64,000 bases of DNA from Candidatus Poribacteria bacterium. GTDB taxonomy: Bacteria > Poribacteria > WGA-4E > PCPOR2b. The stretch covers positions 1 to 64,000 of the forward strand of contig OZ240245.1 in assembly GCA_965198175.1 (NCBI GenBank). The letters are read 5' to 3'. Shown here piece after piece: positions 9,297-19,429 of this stretch. The position numbers and the translations under genes are program-made. The notes beneath the pieces were generated by a model. That model did no database searches and was not told the DNA's origin. It saw only the letters and a program-made list of their open reading frames with translations. Within the stretch, counting starts at the first letter, position 1. The number at the start of each line of letters is the position of its first letter.

Positions 9297-11972
9297 ATGA
9301 AATCAAAACTAGTGCCTTTAAGCACAATACTTTTAATCCTTTTCTGTTTAGAAACCCAAGCAAAGCCTGGCGATGCCCCATATCACAGACTAAAAGTAAA
9401 TGCTGCACGAGAAGTTAGCTTCCCATCGACAACCACCGATGTCGGTCACGTAATTGTAATTCAGGGTAACGAACACATCGTCCAACCCAAGAACTTTTTT
9501 GATTTAGCGAATGGCAGTTTACGTTTTACCCCCAATGCTGCGGGAGGATACGATGTGTCTAGTCCCGATGAGATTCAATTTGCAGCTGTCTTCGGCGAAG
9601 TACTGGATTTGACTGATGACGACAGTAGGAAAATTGCTATCGGATTTCCATTCATATTTTTCGGACAGGAGTATACCGAGGTATTCGTCAACTCTGATGG
9701 ACACTTGACATTCGGTAAAGGGGACGCCACTGGTCGTGCAAGAGATCTGCAAAACTTCTTGGGGGGACCACCTCGCATTGGTGCGCTTTATGCGGATTTG
9801 AACCCGCTCGGATCGTCTGCGTTTTTTGGTGAAGAAGCTACGGCAGTAGAAGTTAAAGATTCTCAGGGCCAAATTACTATCACATGGTTCAATGTCCCAT
9901 CATTTGAAGCTGCTGATTCCGAGGTTACGATGCAGGTGGTTTTGTTCGATACGGGCGTCATCGACATCCTTTTCGAATCGTCCAGAGTTCGGACAGGCAT
10001 CGTTGGGGTATCCCCCGGCGGCCTTAACAATGCCTTCCAGGCGACTCTAGTGGACTATTCGGATGATTTGCCACTTGAAGGAACAACGAGTGCCATCGCT
10101 GAGGTCTTCGTGGAGGAATCGACAGTCAACATCCAGAACGTTGCGAGAGAATTTTATAAGAGCCATGGTGACGATTTTGATAGCTTGATTCTCTTTACCA
10201 ATTTTGAATCGGATTTAGACCTCTTTGGTGTCCTCGCCTTTGCGGTTCCCGTCAAAAATGAGGTTCTAGGGATTGGTAGCGGTTATACCGGTAATGGCAT
10301 TTTTCCAATTTTCGATCATACCGATGATTACGGTAGTCAGGGCCGGCTAAGAACTTTTCTCGTGATGAAGAACTTAAAGGTGTGGTCTGATAATCCCTTA
10401 GAGAATGTTAGCGGTTCTGCGACTTCTACCTTGAGTGTCGTGGCACACGAGTTCGGACACGGATGGGGGATTGATATAAATCCAATCCAGTTGTTAGGAC
10501 GAGGCTTTGCGCATTGGAATTTCTTCCTGCATACCGCTGGTTCTTTTATGGGCGGCAATGATATTCGAGATAATGGGGATGGGACTTTCACCACTTTAGC
10601 CCCGAAAGATATATATGGTCCGCTCGATCTATATCTGATGGGACTATTGAAGCCGGAGGATGTTCCTCCGACATTCTTGGTCGTTGACCCCTATGATATA
10701 GATATTCCACCACCGTTCGACGATCCGTCTTTATGGGGTAATTTGCGATTTTTAAACCCCATGGCCGATGTGACATTCCGAGGGGAGAAAGAAGAAGTTA
10801 CCATTGAAGGCATCATAGCGGCAAACGGGGAGCGAATTCCTGACGCCGGATCGTCTCAAAAGGACTTTCGGGTCGCATTTATCCTTCTGACAATGGGGGA
10901 ATCGACTCCAGCGACTCAAGAAATTGAGAAGGTACAAGCCGTCAGACGATTTTGGCCACCGTACTTCCATCGAGCTACGAGTAATCTAGCGACCGTGGTC
11001 AGTACGCTGGATGGTTCTGTTGAAGATGTGGTGTTGCCAGAAGAAGCTACGGGTAAACTCTCGTTTACGGTGCCCTTAAATAGTGGCTTGAATATTATCT
11101 CGCCTCCTTTGCGCCCAGCGGAACCGTTTACCGCTCGGAGTTTTATGGAGCTTATCAACGCAACGATGATAATCAGTATCTCAGACGAAGGAAAATTCGT
11201 CTCATGGACTCTTGATACTCCTGGCGCTGGATTTCCAATTGAGGGTGGGCGCGGTTATATCGTCAATACACCGAATGGCGGTGATATCACGTTTAAGGGA
11301 ACAGGATGGACCGATCCACTGGATGGGCAAGTCAACGCCGCCCCATTGGCAACGCCAATTTCGCCAAATTTATGGGCATTCGTTGTTGATGGGGTCATAG
11401 AAGGAGAAGGTTATCTTGGCCCCTACCAAGTTACGCTTACAAACCTCAGGACGAACGATCTGCTGACGACCACGAAAGTGGAGTCAGGCAATCGATTGAC
11501 GTTGGGCTTCGCCGATTTGAATCGAAACCCACTAGTGCAGGTCGGGGATGTGCTGCGTTTGACCGTCACGGACATAACCTCCGGCGAACCAATTGGCAAG
11601 CTAGATAGGCTGGTTACGCTGGAGGATATACAGCGGGCTTATTCAATGCTGCATTCAACGCTTGCCAACTTGGTGCCAATGACCACCCAACTGCTTCAGA
11701 ATTACCCAAATCCCTTTAACCCTGAAACTTGGATTCCGTATCAACTGGCGGAGGAGTCCGAAGTGTCCATTACTATTTATGACGCATCTGGACACAGGAT
11801 ACGTACGCTCCAACTGGGGAATCAAGCTGCTGGTTCATATCTGACCCGGGAGAAAGCCGCTTATTGGGATGGACGAAATGACCGCGGCGAGCGAGTCAGT
11901 AGTAATTCATACTTCTACAAACTCGACGCAACAGATTCCACTGTCGTAAGACGGATGGTTATCCTTAAATAG
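9297..11972 (+). CDS. Secreted zinc-metalloprotease-like protein with nidogen-like N-terminal region and C-terminal FlgD-Ig domain
   Basis: Signal peptide; 'IGFPFIFFGQEYTEVFVNSDGHLTF' (NIDO-like); HExxH in 'AHEFGHGW'; C-terminal 'LLQNYPNPFNPETWIPYQL...WDGRNDRGE'. Confidence 0.8.
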   Translation: MKSKLVPLSTILLILFCLETQAKPGDAPYHRLKVNAAREVSFPSTTTDVGHVIVIQGNEHIVQPKNFFDLANGSLRFTPNAAGGYDVSSPDEIQFAAVFGEVLDLTDDDSRKIAIGFPFIFFGQEYTEVFVNSDGHLTFGKGDATGRARDLQNFLGGPPRIGALYADLNPLGSSAFFGEEATAVEVKDSQGQITITWFNVPSFEAADSEVTMQVVLFDTGVIDILFESSRVRTGIVGVSPGGLNNAFQATLVDYSDDLPLEGTTSAIAEVFVEESTVNIQNVAREFYKSHGDDFDSLILFTNFESDLDLFGVLAFAVPVKNEVLGIGSGYTGNGIFPIFDHTDDYGSQGRLRTFLVMKNLKVWSDNPLENVSGSATSTLSVVAHEFGHGWGIDINPIQLLGRGFAHWNFFLHTAGSFMGGNDIRDNGDGTFTTLAPKDIYGPLDLYLMGLLKPEDVPPTFLVVDPYDIDIPPPFDDPSLWGNLRFLNPMADVTFRGEKEEVTIEGIIAANGERIPDAGSSQKDFRVAFILLTMGESTPATQEIEKVQAVRRFWPPYFHRATSNLATVVSTLDGSVEDVVLPEEATGKLSFTVPLNSGLNIISPPLRPAEPFTARSFMELINATMIISISDEGKFVSWTLDTPGAGFPIEGGRGYIVNTPNGGDITFKGTGWTDPLDGQVNAAPLATPISPNLWAFVVDGVIEGEGYLGPYQVTLTNLRTNDLLTTTKVESGNRLTLGFADLNRNPLVQVGDVLRLTVTDITSGEPIGKLDRLVTLEDIQRAYSMLHSTLANLVPMTTQLLQNYPNPFNPETWIPYQLAEESEVSITIYDASGHRIRTLQLGNQAAGSYLTREKAAYWDGRNDRGERVSSNSYFYKLDATDSTVVRRMVILK

Positions 11973-12571
11973 TTGCCCGATTTCAGTTGGGTACTGCTAA
12001 TTTTAACCGAACCGAACCCGGTATAATCTATGTTACTGTAACGTGTTGACGTGTGTAACTAGGCTAAGGCACCATAATGGCTAGTGCCGATTGGGTTGCT
12101 GAACGGAATAGACAATCAAGGATTGAAAACCGAGCTGATTGTCCTAGGAATGTCCCCCCCCCGATTATTTGGTTGTTCATTTCGGGGTGATACTCCTAGA
12201 TTACGCTTCCAGAACATCAGGCTTGGATAAAGCATCCGGGGCGTCTCAGAAATTCTATAGGCATAATGGAATGTTCTCTTCCGAACTGCTACTTGGGGTA
12301 CAGATTAGCGAGTTCAACGATGACTAAAAGGTACGAACGGGTGCCCTTTAAGCTTTTGAGGGTCGGGAGATGAGAGTACCATTCCCGTTCTAGTAAGCGT
12401 ACTTAAACAGCACACCCATCCGAGAGCCGATTGTGGAATACTTAAGTATTCATGCGGGTCGAAGCACGCTTTGCAAAGTGTATCCGACCTTCATACCACG
12501 GTTTGGAAGGGCTTCCAAGCGTCGTCCGCAGCAGCAGCTTGACGTTCCAGCTGCCCGCCCCAACCGACTAC

Positions 12572-13696
12572 CTACCCTGCTTTGATGCGCTTGATGTCAA
12601 ATCCTGCGTACCGGTCCTCGAGCGAATCCCCTAGCTTCTGTGTTTCTGCCCAACGGTCCCACGCGATTTTCATCCACTCGTGTGATAAAGCCTCGCGCAC
12701 GGCGGGATCGAGTTGCCATGCGTCCCGCGCATCCGCCACTAACGGTTCCCCGGTGAACGCACCCGACCACCTTGACCAACCAATCAATAAAGTGTTGCGT
12801 TCACGATTGGGGACGGTGTGCCCAGTGTGAATCGTCGCCCCATTGCGGATGAGGGCTTCCCCAGCTTTGAGCCGGATCGCGACCTGATTCGGTAACGGGT
12901 CTACACCGTTCCAACTGGGTGTGTACGGTACCGCTTGGTCCTTCATCGCTTGCGGCAGGAGCACGTCATGCTCAAACGGCGTACGCCATCGATTGTGGCT
13001 ACCCGGCACGAGCTCGTGGCACTCGTCGTCGACTAATGCCAAGAACATGCTTACCCCGTTCCGCTCCGTGATAAACTTCGCGTTATTTGCAACGATTTCC
13101 TTCCATCGGACTTTCTCGGTTTCTTCGGAATACGCCTCAGGTCCCTCCCCTCGGACCTCCCGCTGAGAAAAGTAGGGCTTCCCGCTGCCCCACCACGTCG
13201 TGTCTCGGTGCCAACTCGGCCCATACTCGCGCAGCCGAGGATTGCACCAAAGCAACATTCCACCCATCACCACATCCTCAGGCTGGAGTCCGTTACACCA
13301 GGAGTGGACGAAGCTTAAGAAATCTGGAGAGCCGTGGAACTCGGCAAAGCTGGACTCCTCGAAAGCAGGATGGATGAGACCCCGAATTGCCCACGGCTCA
13401 TCGTCTCCCGTGCGGTGCACGTAGCCCTTCGAGCAGTCAATCCTGCAGTAGCCATAATCGGGCGAGCACGCTTCGGTAACACGGCGGCCCGCCTCGCGGA
13501 GAATGGGGATCCACGGATTGTCGACAAAGTCGGTGATAACGACGAAACCGTGCTCATTCAAGTGAGCTAACCGTTCTGGCGTGGCCCCGGGAGCCGCAAG
13601 TTCGGGCTTCGCATCAGCAAAGACCGAAGCGCGATAATACTTAGAAATCGGCTCAGAATCCACCACCGACAGTGATTGATAAATGTTCATATTCAT
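12572..13696 (-). CDS. Phytanoyl-CoA dioxygenase (PhyH)-family Fe(II)/2OG oxygenase
   Basis: 'LNEHGFVV', HxD in 'WHRD', 'VPGSH', distal His 'IHTG'. Confidence 0.85.
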   Translation of the reverse strand: MNMNIYQSLSVVDSEPISKYYRASVFADAKPELAAPGATPERLAHLNEHGFVVITDFVDNPWIPILREAGRRVTEACSPDYGYCRIDCSKGYVHRTGDDEPWAIRGLIHPAFEESSFAEFHGSPDFLSFVHSWCNGLQPEDVVMGGMLLWCNPRLREYGPSWHRDTTWWGSGKPYFSQREVRGEGPEAYSEETEKVRWKEIVANNAKFITERNGVSMFLALVDDECHELVPGSHNRWRTPFEHDVLLPQAMKDQAVPYTPSWNGVDPLPNQVAIRLKAGEALIRNGATIHTGHTVPNRERNTLLIGWSRWSGAFTGEPLVADARDAWQLDPAVREALSHEWMKIAWDRWAETQKLGDSLEDRYAGFDIKRIKAG

Positions 13697-14211
13697 TCCT
13701 TTCGACCCATGCCAAACCTCAAACTATAGTCTTGGCGCCGGGGCAGGCATGATAGATTCGCTTTCTCTGCTGAAGACGCAGGTGAGCCTGCGGCCCGCCC
13801 ACCAAAGAGAGAGCTAAATCGTAGGGATTTTCAGTGTACTGTTTTTTCAGATTGCTCTTTCGGTTTAGAAACTTCCATATAATCTTTCTGAATCTTTTCG
13901 AGATAGCTAGGGGTTATATCTTAAAGGCTGTCATAAATTCATCAAGAATTCCAGAAATGTCTATAAATACGACGCTCAGAACTTAACCGCAGTAGTCATT
14001 AAGCTTTCATGAAGTTTTGAAATAATACGAATTTAATTCCCTTTCATCTTTTTAATGTGTTTATCCATTGGGTTTGCGCTGAACATGAGATATTTGCGCA
14101 AGTATACACAAGTTTGTGATTCTTTTTCAAGTTAATATTTGCTGCCATTTCCTCAATGCTGATAGTATTGTTTCAAGTAGTAGCGTGATCTGTTGTTCCG
14201 AGTTAGAGTGT

Positions 14212-14240
14212 TTGAATAAATTTTGGAGATATGATATACT
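14212..14240 (+). promoter_or_regulatory. Putative sigma70 promoter of the 13 kb envelope operon
   Basis: TTGAAT-17 nt-TATACT with an extended -10 TG. Confidence 0.55.
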
Positions 14241-14458
14241 TAACCTTACGATGGGGAAATCCTCAAACCTTCGATGGAAACAAGTGAGGCGATCGAGATG
14301 TCCCAGTTGATACCATTTCGAAATGCACCGGCTTATCCACAGATGAAATCGGACAGTTGGCAGAAACTAACGAGACGAGGTGACCGGTGTGAGTTGCCGA
14401 TTAGAATAGTAAGAAAACACAATAGCCAATGCCCCAAAAAATGTCTAAGGAGGTCAGT

Positions 14459-16312
14459 ATGTCTTCAAAGCGGATACTTACCGCAGTCGTATTAACCGTT
14501 GTTGTTATATTTTTTACCGCCCAGACCGATGCTCAGCAGCGCTTCTCTGAGATTGTCGGTCCGGTCAGCGTTAAAACAGTCACATCAACGAGCCCACTGG
14601 TTGTTCCCTACATCACGTGGGGCGGTGAAGCTGCTCTATTCCATGCCAACGGCGGTTTACTCACTAAACCCGGCTCAATCATGGCAAAGCAGGGATTGAA
14701 CCTGAAGTTAGTGCCCGGCGATGATTTCAGACAGCAGGTGAGAGACTATCTGTCCGGGAAATCCCCAATCATGCGCGGGACATTCAGGATGATTGCTCAA
14801 GCAAGTGAGGTCATTGGACGCGACTCCAGAACAACGGGGGTTGTATTTGGTCAGTTAACATGGTCAGCCGGCGATCATTTCGTTGGGAGATCCAACATCA
14901 GAAAAATTTCAGACTTGCAGGGGAAAAAATTAGCAATCCAAAAAGGCGGCCCTCATGTGGGCATGCTTTACGATATGTTGCAGACAGCAAGACTTTCCAA
15001 GTCCGACGTAACCATCACCTGGGTCGATGATTTGACGGGTCCCAACGGGCCTGCAGAACAGTTCAGGAAGGATGGGACAATCTCCGGCTGCTTCGTGATT
15101 ACGCCTGACATGATCGGTTTAACCGGGGGACATCAAAGCGTCGGCAGTGGAGCAGAGGGAACGGTTAAAGGCGCACATGTGGTGATCAGCACGGCGACGC
15201 TTTCACGCTCGATTGCAGATGTTTACGCCTGCCGAAAGGATTTCTATGACGCCAATAGGGCGTTAATCGAAAAATTCTTCGCGGGATACTTAAAGGGGGC
15301 CGAGGGGGTCGTCAAACTCAAGAAAGACTATGAGTCGAGAGGTTCTAAAGAATATATGACGCTGCTTCAGATGATGCAGGCTATCTATGGCAAGGAAGTG
15401 CTTCCAACGCTTGAAGAAGACGCGCACGGTCTGATTGCTGACTGCACATTTGTCGCTCAGCCCGGTAATGTCGCGTTCTTTAATGATTCAACAAATGTCG
15501 TCGCCGGATTCGAGGGCTTTAATAAGGCAGGATTGGATATGGCAGTGCGCTGGGGATTTGCAAGTAAGCGATACGATCTGATTCCTTCCGATTTGAATTT
15601 TAGTTCGCCAACCTTCACGAGCCTTCTGACGACAACAGTGACAGCCCCAGTTCAGCGAAAGCGTTTCAAAGAGGAAACCGTCAGAGCGGAGATCGAGTCG
15701 TTTAATGAAGAAGAGGTACTTGACGAGAAAACGCTTATCTCATTTACCATCCAATTCCAGCCAAATCAGGACACATTTAGGGAAGCTCAATATCGTGACG
15801 AGTTCGACAGGGTTGTTGAGCTTGCATCAAAATATGGAAATGCGGCAATTGCCATCAAGGGCCATACAGACCCCTCATTGATTCTGATGGCAGTGGTCAA
15901 AACCGGCTTGAAGAAAGGGATTTTAAAGCGGACTGGAACAAGAGGGAATTATGAATACTTCATGAGCGGCAAACCCTTCCGCCTGGAGGATACAAGGAAC
16001 CTCGTCCGATTAACCCAACAAAAGAAATTTGATGACGGGAGCGATTTTGAAAGCCCATATCAAATCATGAGAAGTGGATTAAAGCTCTCTGAGCAGCGGG
16101 CGGAAACCGTCAAACAAGCAGTCGTTGATTATGCACGCAGGAAAAACGTCCGAATTGAATCTGAGCAGATTGTTCCGGTCGGGCTGGGCATCAAAGAGCC
16201 GCTGATTGCCAAACCAACTAGCGCGGCGCAAGCGGCGAAAAATCGGCGTGTAGAATTCGCTCTCATTAAGATTTCGTCTGAAGCCATTGTCGCCGCCGAT
16301 TTCGATTTCTAA
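14459..16312 (+). CDS. Exported NMT1/SsuA-like substrate-binding protein fused to an OmpA-like peptidoglycan-binding domain
   Basis: AAGGAGG RBS before ATG 14459; signal peptide; 'TWSAGDHFVG...ISDLQGKKLA' binding-protein fold; C-terminal 'IKGHTD...LSEQRAETV...GLG...NRRVEF'. Confidence 0.85.
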   Translation: MSSKRILTAVVLTVVVIFFTAQTDAQQRFSEIVGPVSVKTVTSTSPLVVPYITWGGEAALFHANGGLLTKPGSIMAKQGLNLKLVPGDDFRQQVRDYLSGKSPIMRGTFRMIAQASEVIGRDSRTTGVVFGQLTWSAGDHFVGRSNIRKISDLQGKKLAIQKGGPHVGMLYDMLQTARLSKSDVTITWVDDLTGPNGPAEQFRKDGTISGCFVITPDMIGLTGGHQSVGSGAEGTVKGAHVVISTATLSRSIADVYACRKDFYDANRALIEKFFAGYLKGAEGVVKLKKDYESRGSKEYMTLLQMMQAIYGKEVLPTLEEDAHGLIADCTFVAQPGNVAFFNDSTNVVAGFEGFNKAGLDMAVRWGFASKRYDLIPSDLNFSSPTFTSLLTTTVTAPVQRKRFKEETVRAEIESFNEEEVLDEKTLISFTIQFQPNQDTFREAQYRDEFDRVVELASKYGNAAIAIKGHTDPSLILMAVVKTGLKKGILKRTGTRGNYEYFMSGKPFRLEDTRNLVRLTQQKKFDDGSDFESPYQIMRSGLKLSEQRAETVKQAVVDYARRKNVRIESEQIVPVGLGIKEPLIAKPTSAAQAAKNRRVEFALIKISSEAIVAADFDF

Positions 16313-16392
16313 GAACCGATTACGACTTCGAAGTATGGTCTTTGAACATATGTTCACATCATCACATTAAAGAGACGGAGAAAAGTTAATCG

Positions 16393-17337
16393 ATGAAGAA
16401 CGCAAAACGCCCATCTACCCTATTCATTATCCTTCTATTTTCTCTCCTTCTTGCCCCAATGGTCTTGTCGAATGAAGGGGTACACACGGATAATATTGTG
16501 ATTATCCTTGATGCGTCGGGCTCAATGAACGAACAATTTAACAGCAACCCTACCCGGACGAAGATAGAGGCGGCAAAAGAAGCGATTCGTCAGGTATTAG
16601 CAAAAATTCCAGATGGCACGAATATCGGGTTGCTTGTTTTTAGCGGTTCCAATATACAAAATGACTGGGTGTATCCGCTGGGCCCCAAGAACGAGGCGGC
16701 GCTGATTAATGCAATTAATCTCCCCATACCTGGCGGCGGAACACCGCTTGGGGCGTATATCAAAATTGGTGCGGACCGCCTTCTGGAACAACGTGAAAAA
16801 CAGTATAATTACGGGAGCTATCGGCTGTTGATTGTTACAGACGGAGAAGCTAGCGACCGCGAAAATGTCGAAGCCTACACACCAGAAGTCATGGAAAGAG
16901 AGATCCGGGTTGATGTTATTGGTGTTGATATGCAGCAAGAGCACATGTTGGCGACGGTTGTCGATAGTTACCGCCGAGCGGATAATCCGGGAGAGTTGGT
17001 CAAGGCAGTTTCGGAGATTCTCGCTGAAACTTCTGATACCGGCATAAGTACAAGCGGCGAGGATGTATTTGAATTCATTGCCCCCCTCTCAGAAGAGATT
17101 GCATCAGGGCTAATCGCTACGATCACAAAGGTCCCTGAAAATTATCCAATCGGTGAGCAACCAATCTCGCCAAAGACAAAAACGATGAAACCTACAAATG
17201 ACACTGGACAGGGGAAGGTTGATACGCCCCGAACAGATAGGAGTGAACAGATGTGGAAATTTCTCCTCATCCTTGCCATCGCAATTTTAGTGATTGCCTG
17301 GTTGGTCCGCTCCCGTCAAGGGAGCCGTGGCAGTTAA
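16393..17337 (+). CDS. Exported von Willebrand factor A domain protein with C-terminal membrane anchor
   Basis: Signal peptide; complete MIDAS (DASGS...GGTP...VTDG); C-terminal TM helix with a basic tail. Confidence 0.9.
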   Translation: MKNAKRPSTLFIILLFSLLLAPMVLSNEGVHTDNIVIILDASGSMNEQFNSNPTRTKIEAAKEAIRQVLAKIPDGTNIGLLVFSGSNIQNDWVYPLGPKNEAALINAINLPIPGGGTPLGAYIKIGADRLLEQREKQYNYGSYRLLIVTDGEASDRENVEAYTPEVMEREIRVDVIGVDMQQEHMLATVVDSYRRADNPGELVKAVSEILAETSDTGISTSGEDVFEFIAPLSEEIASGLIATITKVPENYPIGEQPISPKTKTMKPTNDTGQGKVDTPRTDRSEQMWKFLLILAIAILVIAWLVRSRQGSRGS

Positions 17338-17433
17338 TGCCGGACGCTTAACGGGGAATAGGTTCATGAATTTACGCATTACGTTTCATCGTAACATGGC
17401 GATAACACAGCGGCGATAAGGGGGGAAAATCTA

Positions 17434-19044
17434 ATGCATGAATCTTCCGCATCCTCAAAAAAAGCGACCAGCAAAATCATCATGGTCTTAAGTTGGCTGG
17501 TTATCCTTGGGATTGCGGGGGCGGTCTATAAGTTTTATATTGAACCGAGAATGAAAGGCAAACTGCTGCAAAAAACCAGTACGCAAAGATACAATCACGA
17601 AATCAAAATTGCTCACGACTCCTTCTCCGGTTACGCCATCCTCCGATCGCCAGCTGTTCAGAATTTGCTCGATCGCCAGGAAATTAAGCTGACTTTTGTC
17701 GATGATAAAGCAGATTATATTCAGAGATTGAAGAATCTGAAGACCGGAAAGGTTCAAATGGCAGTCTTCACCATTGATGCGTATCTAAAGGCAGGGGACG
17801 TGATTGGGGAATTTCCAGGTTCGATTCTGCTTGTCATTGATGAGACAAAAGGGGCGGACGCGATTGTTGCTTACAAGCAGAGCGTGCCGCAAATCCCTAA
17901 ATTAAGCAATCCCCAAGCAAAGATTGTATTAACGCCAGATTCTCCTAGCGAAACCCTTGCCAGAGTTATGATCAACAAAATGAGCCTTCCCAGCTTGCCC
18001 CGTGACTGGGCATTTGCAGCAGATGGAGCAGAAGATGTCTACAAGAAGCTGAAGGCCGGCAATCCAAATGATACAAGAGCTTATGTGCTGTGGGAACCCT
18101 ATGTGACAAAGGCGCTGGCAATTGATGGTGTCCATGTCCTACTGGACAGTTCAAAGCTGAAAGGATATATTGTTGACGTGCTAATCGCCCAGCGACAATT
18201 TCTTGGTGAACAGCCTGAACTTGTCGAAACTGTTGTACAGTCGTACCTGCAGGCGTATTATGATTATTCCAATCAGCTGGATGGGATGGTGAATCTTGTT
18301 CTGGAAGATGCCAAAACGTACGGGGATTCACTGAAGAGAAGCGAAGCTGAAAATCTGGTAAATGGCATTGAATGGCGGAATACCATGGAGAATTACGCCC
18401 ATTTTGGTGTGATCTCCGGGCAAGAGGCAAAGGATGCCGATCACCTCGAAGATATGATTGCTAAGCTTATCAGAGTTCTGGTCCAAACCGCCGCAATTTC
18501 AAAAGATCCATTGTCGGGGAACTATGGGCAAATTTTTTATGATGGCACATTGCGGTCGCTTCATCGTGATAAATTTCATCCAAGCGTAGCAGCATCAAGT
18601 GAGCTTGAGGATATTGTTCTGGGGGATTCTACCGCGAACGCGCTTCCGGAAGTCAGAGGCGTCAAATCCCTACGTGACCTCTCAGATTCTGAATGGAATC
18701 GGCTTGTTTCTGTTGCTACAATGCAGATTAAACCCATCCAATTTGGTCGGGGAAATGCAAGAATTCATCTGGGAAGCCAACGGGCTTTAGTGACGCTCGC
18801 TGAGGACCTGGATTCATTTCCGCAATGGTACCTCCATGTTGTGGGACATACCAGGCGTGAAGGCGACCCAGAGGCGAATCGAAAACTTGCCCAGCAGCGA
18901 GCCGATGCCGTCGCTGGGTTTTTGACGAACAGGGGTATTAACCCGCATCGTATCAAAGCAATCCCAAGCAACCAGCCTCCGAATAATACGGATGGAGGGG
19001 CCGCACAAAGCGTTACTTTTGTCCTTCTGGAGAAACCGTATTAA
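17434..19044 (+). CDS. Membrane-anchored NMT1-like substrate-binding protein fused to a divergent OmpA-like domain
   Basis: N-terminal TM; 'IDETKGADAIV', 'VLWEPYV', 'IVDVLIA'; C-terminal 'VVGHT...NRKLAQQRADAV'. Confidence 0.8.
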   Translation: MHESSASSKKATSKIIMVLSWLVILGIAGAVYKFYIEPRMKGKLLQKTSTQRYNHEIKIAHDSFSGYAILRSPAVQNLLDRQEIKLTFVDDKADYIQRLKNLKTGKVQMAVFTIDAYLKAGDVIGEFPGSILLVIDETKGADAIVAYKQSVPQIPKLSNPQAKIVLTPDSPSETLARVMINKMSLPSLPRDWAFAADGAEDVYKKLKAGNPNDTRAYVLWEPYVTKALAIDGVHVLLDSSKLKGYIVDVLIAQRQFLGEQPELVETVVQSYLQAYYDYSNQLDGMVNLVLEDAKTYGDSLKRSEAENLVNGIEWRNTMENYAHFGVISGQEAKDADHLEDMIAKLIRVLVQTAAISKDPLSGNYGQIFYDGTLRSLHRDKFHPSVAASSELEDIVLGDSTANALPEVRGVKSLRDLSDSEWNRLVSVATMQIKPIQFGRGNARIHLGSQRALVTLAEDLDSFPQWYLHVVGHTRREGDPEANRKLAQQRADAVAGFLTNRGINPHRIKAIPSNQPPNNTDGGAAQSVTFVLLEKPY

Positions 19045-19069
19045 ATTGGCGATCGAGAAGTCAATACGA

Positions 19070-19400
19070 ATGAACTCTGAAGAACTCAAGACAAGAACAA
19101 GGAGTTTTGTATAGATGTGTTAAGTGAGCCGTTGCGTGCTAAAAACAGCGTTGGGCAACCATATTAGGGACTAGTTAATACGCTGTTCCACCTCAGTGCA
19201 GCGAACTATAAATCGGCTACGCTAGCTCAATCAAAAGTCGCCTTTATATCTCAAAGATAAGCATTGTCAAAGAAGAAACTGATGAATCTGCATTCTGATT
19301 AGAATTCATCATAGATGAACAAGGAAAGGGTTCTGCCACTCTTTAATGAAGCCGATGAATTGAAGGCGATTTTCATCGCCTCCGGAAAAGCAGTTAGTTT
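19070..19400 (+). pseudogene. Four-helix-bundle (23S rRNA IVS-protein-like) gene remnant
   Basis: Fragments 'MNSEELKTRT', 'LIRCSTS..ANY.SA..AQSK..FIS' and 'SIVKEETDES.F*LEFI', with stops and frameshifts. Confidence 0.75.
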
Positions 19401-19429
19401 TCGGTTCTCAATTAAGACGGGTAAAGAAA

